Source: Candidatus Saccharimonadota bacterium (GTDB lineage Bacteria > Patescibacteriota > Gracilibacteria > BD1-5 > UBA6164). From it: 32,000 nucleotides of DNA. The stretch covers positions 330,001-362,000 of the forward strand of contig CP042461.1 of assembly GCA_004563595.2 (NCBI GenBank). Reading direction: 5' to 3'. Under the pieces are notes generated by a model. The model searched no databases. It worked only from the letters and a program-made list of their open reading frames with translations, and was not told the DNA's origin. The translations under genes were made by a program, and so were the position numbers. Shown here one piece after another: positions 9,986-21,239 of this stretch; within the stretch, counting starts at the first letter, position 1, and every line of letters starts with the position of its first letter.

Positions 9986-10507
9986 ATGAATTATATAGAT
10001 TGTTATAATCAATATAAGAATAAAATTTTTTCATACTTCTATTATAACTTAGGCAAAGATAGAGAATTAGCCGAAGATTTAACGAGTGAAACCTTTTTAA
10101 AATGATATGACAAAATTGATAGTTATGATGATACATTTAGTTTTTCTACTTGGATTTTTAAAATAGCTAGAAATAAACTTATTGATCATTATAGAAAAGA
10201 TACATCAGATGTAAGTATAAATGGAGATGAAAATTTGGATATTGAAGAGTTTATTAAATATGAATGAGATTTTACTCGAAAGATTGATACTGAATTTGAT
10301 ATGAAACAGGTATATATGGCTCTAGATAAAATTCCAGAAACTTATAAAGACTATATTGTAATGAAATACTTAAATGAATTTTCTACAAAAGAGATTTCAA
10401 ATATAACTTGAAAAAGTGAGGCGAATATAAGAAAGATTATAAGTAGAGGTCTTGAGAGATTAATAAACATTTTACAGCCTAATACACCTGAGTATGAAAA
10501 ACTTTAA
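9986..10507 (+). CDS. ECF-type RNA polymerase sigma-70 family factor
   Basis: 174 codons. Region 2 is LAEDLTSETFLKGYDKIDSY..FSTWIFKIARNKLIDHYRK. Region 4 is LDKIPETYKDYIVMKYLNEFSTKEISNITGKSEANIRKIISRGLERL. Confidence 0.85.
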
Positions 10508-10907
10508 ATTAAAAGAGGAAAAAATTCCTTTGAAATTAGATTATAATATTAGAATAAAACTCTATTTTTTAATGCTTAAAAAAAATATACTTAATGTATT
10601 TTCTATAAAGAACATTAAATTTATAGTTCCTGCACTTGCTATGTTTGTTTTTGTAGTAGGAATATTTAATATTACAAGTAACGATAAAATTACTACTCCT
10701 CATAACGGTGATCAACTTGTAATAGAAACCTCTGTTATTTCTGACATGAAAGTCATCAATCCAAGGTTGACTGAGCTATGAACTAAACAGAAAACAAATA
10801 AATATAAAGAAACCTGAAAAGATAGAGTTGCAAAAGCAAAAACACAACATTACAAAAATCTTGCATACGTAAGAAAAGTTAGAGCGAGGCAAAAAAACAT
10901 GAATTAA
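10494..10907 (+). CDS. Putative anti-sigma factor (single-pass membrane protein)
   Basis: 138 codons. The start overlaps the sigma gene end by 14 nt. It has a central TM helix (FIVPALAMFVFVVGIF). The assignment rests on position and topology only. Confidence 0.45.
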
Positions 10908-10910
10908 TAA

Positions 10911-10943
10911 AAAAATAAAGACTATGAACGTCTTTATTTTTTT
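10911..10943. terminator. Bidirectional rho-independent terminator
   Basis: ataaagac-tatgaac-gtctttat with A-run and T-run flanks. It contains the stop of the minus-strand gene at 10934-10936. Confidence 0.75.
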
Positions 10944-11338
10944 AATTTGTAATAAAATACAATTTGTAATAATCCGAAAATCACCTCTACAAAGAAAAAA
11001 CTAACAATCACAAGTGATACTTGATAGTATAGCATATAAAATGCCATAAGAACTGCAAGTGAAAGACGAATCAGACCATCGTAGTATCAAAGAAGAATTG
11101 ATGTATGTTTGATACGTAAAATTGCCCAGAAAAATGAAACAATTCCCATAAGATTTACAAAAAGTAAGTGGATTGGTTCAAAAATTCAAAAAACTCCGGG
11201 GAGATTAAGAAATGTATGGGTAGTGTTAAGAAATCATATGAGAAGTATACTTGTAAATGGAATAGCAAGTATCCCGGTAATTACTAAATCATACCAAGCA
11301 CTTAGAGTCACTATTTTTAAATATCTTTTTTCTTGCAT
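10934..11338 (-). CDS. Small integral membrane protein (about 4 TM helices)
   Basis: 135 codons, hydrophobic throughout, 3 TGA=Gly, bounded by an in-frame upstream stop. Confidence 0.5.
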
Positions 11339-11501
11339 TATGTTTTTATAAGTAAGTATTTCTTGTACAGGAAATATTATTTACTAATTTTTTAATTTCA
11401 AGACTTTTTTCAAAGTATCTAAAAAAAGTCTTGAAAAAATACAAAAATTCACTAATATAATGACTGAAACACTTATTTTAGTCATTATATTAACCAAGCA
11501 A

Positions 11502-12071
11502 ATGAACATACTTATTATTACAGCACATCCAGGGAATGGGGGGTTTACAAAACTTATTGCAGAAAACTATAAGAAGTGACATACTGATGCATGAAATAAA
11601 GCAGAAATAGTTGATTTATATGCTGATGAAAATGCTCAACCATTTTTGACTTTCTGAGAAAATATGAAATATGGTGAGGATAAAAATAGAAAAATAATGC
11701 AAGATAAAATTACTTGGGCAGATCAGCTTGTATTTATTTTTCCAATCTGGTGGGGGCAAGTACCAGCTATTATGAAAAACTTTTTTGATACAAATTTTGA
11801 AAATAATTTTGCTTTTAGGTATACAAAAAAATGACAAGAGTGATTGTTGAAATGAAAAACAGCAAGAGTATTTGCTACTTGTGATGCTCCATGATTTATA
11901 TATAAATTGTTTATCTTTCCAAACAGAATAAAAGGGTATTTCAAAATGTACCTATTAGGTTTCTGTGGGATAAAAACTTCAAGTTTTCATTTATTTGATT
12001 CAATGAGAAAAAGAGATGATGCGAGTAGAAAAATAACTCTTGATACTATTTATAATATGTGAAATAAATAA
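11502..12071 (+). CDS. Flavodoxin-like fold NAD(P)H-dependent oxidoreductase (Flavodoxin_2 type)
   Basis: 190 codons. MNILIITAHPGNGGF.. and ..WADQLVFIFPIWWGQVPAIMKNFFD are typical of the family. Confidence 0.75.
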
Positions 12072-12078
12072 GCAGAGA

Positions 12079-12597
12079 ATGCAAAACTATAAGTTAATAA
12101 AATCATTTAGAAAGACACTTGCATTGCAAGTAAAAAATGGAGAAATAATAGTAAAATCTCCATTTTTTGTGACAAAAAAAACCATTCATAACTTTCTTGA
12201 AAAACATCAAAACTGGATTGTAAAAAAACTTCAAAATACAAGAAAAAGTATTATTGATAGCGATAAAATTGAGTTTTATAAAGAAAAGGCAAGAAAATAT
12301 ATTCCATGAAGAGTAGCTGAGTTAGCAGAAAAAAATTGATTAACATATAATGTTATTAAAATTACGAGCGCAAGAACTAGGTGGGGAAGCTGCACGAGTA
12401 AAAAGAATTTAAACTTTTCATTTAGGCTGATCTTAGCACCCAAAGAAGTGATAGACTATGTGATAATCCATGAACTTTCACATCTTATTCATATGAATCA
12501 TTCAAGAAGATTTTGGACACAGGTAGCTGAAATGATGCCTGATTATAAGGTTCATGAAAAATGGTTAAAAGAAAACGGAGATTTTTTTGTTTATTAA
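12079..12597 (+). CDS. YgjP-like (DUF45, SprT/WLM-like) metallopeptidase
   Basis: 173 codons. RTRWGSC..., IDYVIIHELSHLIHMNHSRRFW (HExxH). An alternative start at 12040 would overlap the previous gene. Confidence 0.8.
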
Positions 12598-12673
12598 TCA
12601 AATTAGATTTACTTTTTACTTTTTATTTTATCTATGTTACTATTGTTACACTTATATTTTAATATCAAATTTT

Positions 12674-12985
12674 ATGATAATTACAAATTTAGAATATGTT
12701 CCTGGAAAGGAAGCAACTGCTCACTTCGGTCTTGTTAATGGGAGCACAGTAAGAGCAAAACATTTTTGAAGAGACTTGATGGCTGGATTAAAAAATATTG
12801 TTTGAGGAGAATTAAAAGGGTATACGGAACTCTTAGAAGAATCTAGAAAAGAAGCTATTTCAAGAATGACAAAGCAAGCAGAAGAAATGTGAGCAAATGC
12901 TATTTTGAATGTAAGATTTTCTACTTCATCTGTTTCAGCAGGTGCATCTGAAATTTATGTATATGGTACAGCTGTGAAACTTTAA
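12674..12985 (+). CDS. YbjQ-family (UPF0145) protein
   Basis: 104 codons. ..GLVNGSTVRAKHFGRDLMAGLKNIVGGEL..EESRKEAISRM..GANAILNVRF..IYVYGTAVKL. Confidence 0.85.
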
Positions 12986-13004
12986 TTTTTAGAATTTATT
13001 TATA

Positions 13005-13451
13005 ATGTTTGATTTATTAATATTATTATCTTTAGTTATTTTATGATTCGTTGTATGATCAATTCTTGAGAAGAGACACTTTAAAAGTATTGAAGAAAGG
13101 GAAGTAAAATACAAAGAGATTATTCAAATAACAAAAACAGATTCAAAAAAAATGAAAATAGAAAATGGAGAATTACTGTCTTGAAATGTAGTAATTTCTA
13201 TAGATTTTTTTAAGAAATTTATAGCTTCATTTATAAATTTCTTTGGATGAAGATTGTTTGTGTATGAATCTCTGTTAGACAGAGCGAGAAGAGAAGCTAT
13301 TCTCAGAATAAAAGAAGAAGCTCATAAAAAATGATATAATTGTCTTGCGAACTTAAAAATTGAAACTTCAAGTATTTCAAAATGAAAAAAATGAAGTATA
13401 GGAAGTGTTGAGATTTTAGCATATGCAACAGCAGTAAACCTAAATAACTAG
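13005..13451 (+). CDS. YbjQ-like paralogue with an N-terminal TM helix
   Basis: 149 codons. TM segment LLILLSLVILGFVVGSI, then ..FFGGRLFVYESLLDRARREAILRIKEEA..GYNCLANLKIE..VEILAYATAV. Confidence 0.6.
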
Positions 13452-13483
13452 TTCGTTTTATTGCAAAAAAAATGAAATAGACT

Positions 13484-13517
13484 ATAGTCACTTATGATAT
13501 AAGTGACTATTTATTTT
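13484..13517 (+). terminator. Rho-independent terminator
   Basis: atagtcactta-tgata-taagtgactat followed by ttattttt. Confidence 0.8.
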
Positions 13518-13530
13518 TGTGTAAAAAAGT

Positions 13531-14283
13531 ATGAAAATTGTTATCCCAGAATGACCCGAGAAGAATTATAACATATCAGAAAAATCACAGCTTATCTGAT
13601 GAATGAAATTGTTATGAACTTTTTTTGCAATCATTTTTTCATTCTATTTATTTTTTCTTTTAGTCGCTCATTATTTAGTATATTTGGTCCCTCTTGAAAA
13701 AGAAATAGAATGGTTTTGAGAAGGTTCCGTTACATCTGAGAATATTCAACTTACAAAAAAAATAAATGAAATTTTCCCAGATATAAAATATAGCTTACAT
13801 GTTATCTCTTCTGAAGAAGAGAATGCGTATGCAAAATTATGATGAAAAATACTTGTAACTGAGTGATTATTGAATTCAATTGAATATGAAAATGAGCTAT
13901 TAATGATCATATGACATGAAATCTCACATATTGAGAATAGAGATGTTTTTAAAAAAATAGTTTCAGAATTTCCGATTCAATTATTGTTATTACTCATCTG
14001 ATTTTCCTGAAATGAATGACTGTATATTTTTGATTCGGTTTCATCCGTGTATAACAAGGAAGTTGAAGAAAGATCAGATTTTGAATGAGTAGATTTTGTA
14101 AATAATGAAAAAAACCATATAGGATGTATAACCAGGTTTTTTGAAAAAAATAATGATAATTTAGATAACATAGTGAGTTTCCTTTCAGATCATCCGATGA
14201 CAGCAAGTAGAATTACAGAAATAAATGAGTATGCACAATCAAAATGATTCATCGAAAAAGAATGTAGTAAATTTGAATTTTAA
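13531..14283 (+). CDS. M48-family zinc metalloprotease (membrane-anchored)
   Basis: 251 codons. TM segment, then ..NAYAKLGGKILVTEGLL..LLMIIGHEISHIENRD (HExxH) ..SDHPMTASRI. Confidence 0.8.
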
Positions 14284-14299
14284 AATATAATTTTTTATT

Positions 14300-15076
14300 A
14301 TGAATAAACTGGAATTAGTAAAATACTTAGATGAATATTTACAAATCGATAATTTTCAAGATTCATCAAAAAATGGACTTCAAGTTGATTCAGAGAAAAT
14401 AGAAATTAAAAAAATATGATATAGTGTGGATGCAAGTACTTATATTTTTGATAAAGCTATAGAAGAAAAAGTTGATATGGTATTGTCTCATCACGGTATA
14501 TTTTGGGGACACGAATCAGTATTAACTGGAATTCCATTTAGAAGAACCAGGCAATTATTGAATAATGATATTGCTTTATATGCTGTACATCTTCCACTTG
14601 ATGCTCATAGAGAAGTAGGGAATAATGTTGGACTTATGCATGCTTTCATAAACATGTTTTGATTACAAGACTGAGAGTATAAGGTAGAAAATTTTTGAGA
14701 ATATCATGGATCAACTATTTGATTCTGACTGAGGTTTAAAAATAAAATTCATATTTCAAATATGGTTACACCATATGCAGAGATGATGCAGTTAAATAAA
14801 AGACTCTATAACTTCTGAAATAAAGAATATTTTAGCTCCATTGCATTTGTTTCAGGTTGAGCTCTATCAAGTGCCTGAGATGCAAATAAAGAATGATATG
14901 ATGTATTGCTAACATGAGAATGAGCTCATCAGGATATGATTTTAGCAAAAGAATTATGACAAACAGTATTGATATGAGGTCATTATGAAACAGAAAAAAT
15001 ATGACCAAAACTTCTTGCGTATCATCTAAGAGATAAGTTTGGAATTGAAATAGTCTATTTAGATGAGAAATATTAA
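14300..15076 (+). CDS. Nif3-family dinuclear metal centre protein (YbgI/YqfO-like)
   Basis: 259 codons. ..NGLQV.. VDMVLSHHGIFWG.. ALYAVHLPLDAH..GNN.. VLLTGEGAHQD.. LIGGHYETEK. Confidence 0.85.
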
Positions 15077-15110
15077 AAAAATACTGAAAGGATAGTTTCA
15101 GTATTTTTTT
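15077..15110. terminator. Bidirectional rho-independent terminator
   Basis: atactgaaa-ggatag-tttcagtat with A-run and T-run flanks. It overlaps the stop of the minus-strand gene at 15109. Confidence 0.8.
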
Positions 15111-15681
15111 ACACGTTGTATTCTGGAAGTTGAGCTTTTCAAGTTCATAACAGATATAAATCACGAGGGGTATTTATAATTCCTTTTCATATGTCGGTGA
15201 TAACTTTTACGGTGTTAATACCTGTATTGGCTAATCACATTGCTCACCCGTGTATATGCTCATGGGGCTTTTGAGGATTTTGTGCAATTTCTATACTCTT
15301 TTTTCAAAAGGTACTTTCTAAAGTGGAGGTATTTGATATTTTAGTTATCTCTTTTGAAGAGTAAGATTCTGAAATTTCATTGAGAAGGGATAACCTTTGC
15401 TGTTTTAATTCTTTTAATTCTCATAAAAGTTGTTGAAGATCGCCTTCAGACAATTGCGAAATTTTTTCTTTATCAGATTTTTTTATATCTAAATTACTCA
15501 GACTTTCTTGTAGTGAAATTCTTTCTTTTTGACTTGTAAAACTAGTTAATTGAACAATGGTATCATGAGAAAGTTTATATGTTTCTATAAAGTTTTTATA
15601 AAAAGAATCAATATTTGAATTTATATTTTCAGGTTTGTTTCAAAAATTTTCAGTTGATGTATTTCTCTTCTCTATATTCAT
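15109..15681 (-). CDS. Hypothetical protein (191 codons), Gly-rich C-terminus
   Basis: ATG 15679-15681 to TAA (complement of 15109-15111). It lies 4 nt downstream of the TPR gene stop, so is probably co-transcribed. About 8 TGA=Gly. I recognise no family. Confidence 0.5.
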
Positions 15682-15685
15682 AATT

Positions 15686-17269
15686 TTATTTTAATTCTAA
15701 TTTACCTTTTTCCATTTCTTTTAACTTATCAAGTTCTTCTCCAGCCATTTTTCCAAAATCTCATCACTTATCAAGCGAAACTGTTTTTTTGAAATAAATA
15801 AAAGCTTTTTTATTATCTCATTTTGCTTGTTCCAGCTTTCACATTATAAGATATATCATAGGATTTTTTTTGTTTAATTCAAGTCATTTTTTTAAGTTTT
15901 CTTCTGCAAGCACCAGGTATTCTTCAGTTTCAGTCTCTTGTAATTGAATCCATCACATATATCATAAAAATATTGCTTCCTCAGGAAACTTTTCTATACC
16001 AAAACTGCTAAATTCTTTTGCTAAGCTTTGTTTCTCATTTATTATATGGTGATATATAGCAAGACTCAAATCTTGAGGAGTGAGAGTCTCTTTATTATTT
16101 TCTACTATATCTTGAAGTGCTTGTAGTACTTTTTCGGTTTCTCATAGTCTCTCATAATTATATACCATCCTTCTTCTAACATCAAGTGAGTTATTATATC
16201 AGAGTTCTATTGCTTTTTTAAGATGTACTGAGCTCAGTACATATTCATGTAGTCTTTCATATACAGCTCAAAGAAAATAACTGACATCAGCTTCTTTATT
16301 TCATAGAGAATTATATTGTACTAAATATTTTTTTGCCTCAGAGTAATTTCATAACTCATAATGACTTTTTGCGACTATTTTAATAATTGGTCCATAATCA
16401 TCTTTTTCTCATAAAATATTTTTTGAGAGATGAATAGCAATAGGGTATAATCTATTTTTAAAGAAAGCTCAACTGATTAGGGCATTTTTATATGAGATAT
16501 CATCAATTTGAAAATTTGTATAATTTTCAAGAGCAAGCTTGATATTTTCAAGCTCTTCAAAGATATATGGATCTTCAACGAGAGCTCAGGACTGAGTATT
16601 ATTTTCTCATTCTATATTTTCAGTATCAGATCAAGTTTTTTGTATAAAGTAGTCTTGAAAATCTTGTTTACAGAGGGAAAAATCTTCTATACAAAAGAGA
16701 CTTGTTTTATAATAATATATTTGATCTTCATGGAGAGGAAAGGTATCTATTTCAGATTTTATATATGCTATATTTTTTTCGGAAAGCATTCTTGAATATA
16801 TAAGACTCAGTATTGCTCTATCCATATCTAACCTCTTGTAATTTTTGATCTGTGCATAATATTTATAGGCTTGAGGGTATTTTTTAAGATAAAAATAAGT
16901 ATTTCAGAGCTTTAATAGAGTACTTTTATCATCAGGTATATCCTTGAGAATTTGAAGATATTTACTTAGAGCAATCGTATATTCTTTGTTTTTTAAATGG
17001 ATATCTCATTTGATAATAAGTCACTTTAAAGCAAGCTTTTTCTTAATTCTACTAATTTTATCTTGTACGTTTATGGGATCTGATGAGTCGGTATTTTCAA
17101 TAATATTTCCTGTATCTATTTCTCATGCTTGAATTTGTTTTTCCTCTCAGCTTATATTTGAAAGCTCTGTATTATTTGTAAAATAATAGATTGTAGAAAA
17201 AATGATAATAAAAATGGTAATAAGAGACAGGGGGATAATGATTCATTTAAGTTGTTTTTTATTTTCCAT
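15686..17269 (-). CDS. Membrane-anchored TPR-repeat protein
   Basis: 528 codons. N-terminal TM helix (IIIPLSLITIFIIIFSTIYYF), then repeated A/Y/L-patterned 34-aa helical pairs (..LGNTYFYLKKYPQAYKYY.., ..AKSHYELGNYSEAKKYL.., ..LIMGKLEQAKGDNKKAFIYFKK..). Confidence 0.7.
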
Positions 17270-17399
17270 AGATTTCTTCTGTTTCAATAAATAGAGTTAG
17301 AAAAATTTTATTATTTAAATTGCTTTTGTAAAGTAAAAATATAATAAATACCTTTACAAAAAATACAAACCTCTTAGACTAAACTCAATTTATTACTCA

Positions 17400-18911
17400 A
17401 TGATACAAATGTTTAAAAAAATAGCTTCCAATACTCTGTCTCAAGTATGATCAAAAGCCGGAACAGCTATTATTTCAATTTTTCTTATCAGTATACTTAC
17501 AAACTATCTTACTATTGAATTATATTGATTATATTCGAAAGTGTATAACTATATATGAATTTTTGTTTTCTTGGCTGATTTATGACTCTATGCGATTGCT
17601 ATTAGGGAAATTTCAGCAAATAAAAAAGACTCTGAAAAAATTGTTTGAAATGTTATGTCTCTCAGGCTTATATTATGAATATTTGTACTATTTTTTGCAG
17701 TTTGAATTGCTTATTTTCTTCCCGGATATAATTCTGACTTAGCTCTAGTATCGATATTTATCGCATCAATCTTTACTATTTTTCAGCTTCTCAATTCATC
17801 AATATTAGCTCTCATGCAAGCAAATATGAGAATAGAATTTTCGTTATTCTCTACTGTTTTTTGAAAACTTATAAATGTTTTATTTGTAGTATTTATTATG
17901 TATGTATGCTATAACCAAAGCTATATTCTTGAATGAAATTCTACAGATAAAATTTACTTTAAACCTTTTGTTTTCATCATGATTGCGGGGGTTATTTGAG
18001 TCATTGTGAATACTGTTCTAAATTTTTGGTATGCAAGAAGAATTGTAAATATACGTTTCCACTTTGACCTTGAGTATATAAAATATATTTTTAAGATTTC
18101 TCTTCCATATTGAATTGCCTTATTTTTATCTGTTGTGTATTTCAAAGTAGATGTAATACTGCTTTCACTTATAAAGGGGCCAATAGATGGAGATGCAAGT
18201 ATTGCATTGTATTCACTCCCTATGAAAATAGTAGAAGTGATTATGGTAGTGGGGGGTTTTTATTTAAACTCTATCCTTCCATCGCTTACAAAGTTTTTTG
18301 AAGAGAATAAACAAAAACAATTAGATAATTTAATAGCTATTTCATTTAAAATACTCTTTTGATCTGCCATGTTAGTATTTACTTTATGAATATTATTTAG
18401 AGATTACCTTATTGAAATTATTGCAAATAAAGATTACCTTGATCCAAGTTATCTTTATAATTCATCAGATGCTTTTTTGGTTGTTTTTGCCGTAGTATTA
18501 TTCTATTTTATATCACTTGTCTTTATTTATACTTTGGTGGCATCCAAGAATCAATCAAAACTTTTGTATATAAATATTATAGTGACTTTATTTAATATAG
18601 TCTGAAATATTATTCTCATACCAAAATATTCATTTATGTGAGCTTGAATAGTAACACTTTTAAGTCAGATTTTATTGATGATTCTTGGATATTTTTATAC
18701 AAGAAAATTAATCACATTTTCACTACCGAGCCTATTTATTATGAAAAATATTCTTTTCGGAGCCATTATATATTTTGTAGGTTTTTATATCTTAGCTCAT
18801 TTTTCACTTGGATTATATCTCGATGTGATTATTTATGGAACATGATTATTTATTTTGTATTCTTGATTTTTGTATTGTGAATTTAGAGCAGAAAAAAAGA
18901 TAGAGGTTTAG
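17400..18911 (+). CDS. MOP-superfamily oligosaccharide/polysaccharide flippase (Wzx-like)
   Basis: 504 codons with more than 10 predicted TM helices. The N-terminal KIASNTLSQVGSKAGTAIISIFLISILTNYL.. LYGLYSKV pattern is typical of polysaccharide biosynthesis (PST) proteins. Confidence 0.7.
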
Positions 18912-18912
18912 T

Positions 18913-19557
18913 TTATTTTATCTTACTTATGACATTCTTATAATACTTACATTTATCCTGAAAGGGGCAAGTTTCACATTTTGGTTTTCTCGCCATACAG
19001 TGATATCTTCAAAATAATACCAGTGTATTATGTAGCATGGAATGATTATGTTTGCTGAAGTATGTGCTTATTTTTTTATCTGTTTCAAGAGGAGATTTTG
19101 TATTTACAAGTCAGACCCTATTCAAGACTCTATGCACATGCGTATCAACTCAGATATACGGAGCATCTTCAGTAACAGCTAAGAATACTTTTGCTGTTTT
19201 TATTCATACTCAGGGGAGGGTTATGAGTTCTTCGATTGTTTTTGGAATATTATTTTGGTATTTTTCTATTAATATCCCACAGGTTTTATAAATATTATTT
19301 GCCTTGTTATTAAAAAATGAAATGGAATTAATAAACTCTTTTATTTCTTCAACTCATAGTTCTATACCGTCACTTGGTTCTTTTAAAAACTCAAAGAAAT
19401 TCCTATTTACTTTATTTACTTGTTTATCAGTTGCTTGAGCTGACATAAGAATAGCAATGAGAAGTTGGAATTTTGAATGGTAATACAGTTCTGTTTTTGC
19501 ATCAGGAAACATTGTATTAAGAGTCTCAGCAAAAAATGGAATATCCTTTTTGTACAT
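18913..19557 (-). CDS. nth: Endonuclease III (DNA-(apurinic/apyrimidinic site) lyase)
   Basis: 215 codons. LLIAILMSAQATDKQVN, LITLPGVGIKTAKVFL (HhH), VDTHVHRV, and the Fe-S cluster loop CMARKPKCETCPFQDKC. Confidence 0.9.
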
Positions 19558-19620
19558 TTTTATTTTTTATTTAAGTATTTTACTTATAATAATCAAAATA
19601 CTCAGTAACTCAATAAAAAT

Positions 19621-20343
19621 ATGTATAGAGAGTGATTTTATTTAACTCAATCAGTCTGAAATAATACTTTTTCATATGATAACAGGAAAAATAAAAAATT
19701 GTATATCCCCTCACTTATAAACTGATCTATTGATGATATAAAATTATGAGATCAGGTAGTTTTTGAAGATTATGATTTTGATGATAAGTTGAGTTCTTGT
19801 TATGGACTGAAAAATTTCTATAAAATTCCTTGGGATTGAAAAGATATATATTTGTTTGATAACCATAATCATGCGTATTATTTTTGGTATTTAGCAAGAG
19901 CTCAGTGAATTATTTGAGATAATAATACATTGATTCATATTGATGAACATGCAGATACAAGAGATTGAGGTGAATATCTTTTGAAACCAGACTCTTGTGA
20001 TCTTAAAAAAGTATTTCAGTTTACAAATTTTACTCTTAATGTTGGGAATTATATTATCCCAGCGCAAAAAGAAGGAATTATAGCAGACATCATTCAGGTA
20101 AGAAATGAGACAAACTTAAAAGATTATATGGACTTAAGGTTAGATTTAGCTTGAGATATAGTATTGAATTTAGATCTGGATTTTTTTCAACCAGATTTGG
20201 ATTTTATTGATTTTAACTTAAAGAAAAAAGTTGTATTAGATGCTGCAAAAAAGGCGAAAATAATTACCGTTGCAACTTCTCCATTCTTTATAAACCAGGA
20301 GTTAGCAATAGAAGTATTCAGAGGCATATTTGAATGAAAATAG
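19621..20343 (+). CDS. UPF0489-family protein (arginase/deacetylase-like fold), tentative
   Basis: 241 codons. ..IYLFDNHNHAYYFW..LIHIDEHADTRD..LNLDLDFF.. recalls the UPF0489 pattern. The start is uncertain. Confidence 0.45.
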
Positions 20344-20417
20344 GAGAATATTTTTTTGCTTTTGATGATATTTTTTATATAATCATAAAATAATTTAATT
20401 AATAATTTAAAAGAAAG

Positions 20418-20729
20418 ATGGCAATTGTATTAAACGAAGAAAACTTTAAAGACACTATAAAGGAGGGGATAACTCTTGTTGATTTTTGGGCAGAATGGTG
20501 TGGTCCTTGTCAACAAATGCTTCCAATACTTGAAGATTTCTCAAAAGAAATGGAATGAAAAATGAAAGTATGAAAGGTCAATGTTGATGAAAATCCAGGT
20601 ATATCAGCTGAGTACAGAGTTATGAGTATTCCAACACTTATTGTTCTAAAAGATGGTGAGATGGTTGAACAAATGGTATGAGTAAAGAGTAGCGATGAAC
20701 TGAAAGAAGTTTGTGCTAAATACTTATAA
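20418..20729 (+). CDS. trxA: Thioredoxin
   Basis: 104 codons. [18 protein letters not shown] ... [12 protein letters not shown]. Three TGA align with Gly-type positions of canonical thioredoxins. Confidence 0.95.
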
Positions 20730-20743
20730 AAATATTAAAAAAG

Positions 20744-20778
20744 AACCCCGGTATCCTTTATGGATACTGGGGTTTTTA
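20744..20778. terminator. Bidirectional rho-independent terminator
   Basis: aaccccggtatcc-tttat-ggatactggggtt (13 bp with one G-U pair), with A-run and T-run flanks. Confidence 0.85.
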
Positions 20779-20928
20779 TTATGAGATAACATATAGTTTC
20801 CCTTGGCTGATCGCGTAGGGTACTATAACTATACTCAAAGCTATTATTAATAAGGGAACATACATATAAATTATGATTTCAGTATATGTATGTCCTTGCG
20901 CTAATAGGTCTTTTGTGATTTGTATCAT
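20779..20928 (-). CDS. Small hydrophobic protein (49 aa), TGA-free, strong SD
   Basis: MIQITKDLLAQGHTYTEIIIYMYVPLLIIALSIVIVPYAISQGKLYVIS. AAGGAG lies 7 nt upstream of ATG 20926-20928. One TM helix. The longer track ORF (to 20961) lacks an SD. Confidence 0.45.
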   Translation of the reverse strand: MIQITKDLLAQGHTYTEIIIYMYVPLLIIALSIVIVPYAISQGKLYVIS

Positions 20929-20994
20929 AGTTATTCTCCTTTTCGTGTTAGATGGTATCAACGATATTATATATGTCTATATATTATTAGTTTC

Positions 20995-21168
20995 TTAAAA
21001 ACATTGAGCTAATCCATAAATTACACTAGCTATAGAAGGACTTAATATTGCATAACATTTTAGTAACCTTTTTAAAGAGAGAGTTTTTGTTATTTTTTTC
21101 TGTTTTGGAAAAATAATAATCTCTGCTGTAGTGGGGGGTATTATTCTTTGTATATTATGTATACTCAT
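20995..21168 (-). CDS. Small basic protein (57 aa), TGA-free, strong SD
   Basis: MSIHNIQRIIPPTTAEIIIFPKQKKITKTLSLKRLLKCYAILSPSIASVIYGLAQCF. AAGGAGG lies 7 nt upstream of ATG 21166-21168, and a sigma70-like promoter lies just upstream. Confidence 0.45.
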   Translation of the reverse strand: MSIHNIQRIIPPTTAEIIIFPKQKKITKTLSLKRLLKCYAILSPSIASVIYGLAQCF

Positions 21169-21210
21169 ATCAAAACCTCCTTTTTATTGTGAGGATAGCA
21201 AGCTCAGCAT

Positions 21211-21239
21211 AATATACGTGGATTTATTGACAAGTCAAT
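21211..21239 (-). promoter_or_regulatory. Sigma70-like promoter for the small-ORF pair, with a palindromic operator-like site over the -35
   Basis: On the minus strand: TTGACT (complement of 21233-21238), 16-nt spacer, TATATT (complement of 21211-21216). The inverted repeat ATTGAC-aa-GTCAAT at 21226-21239 overlaps the -35. Confidence 0.5.
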
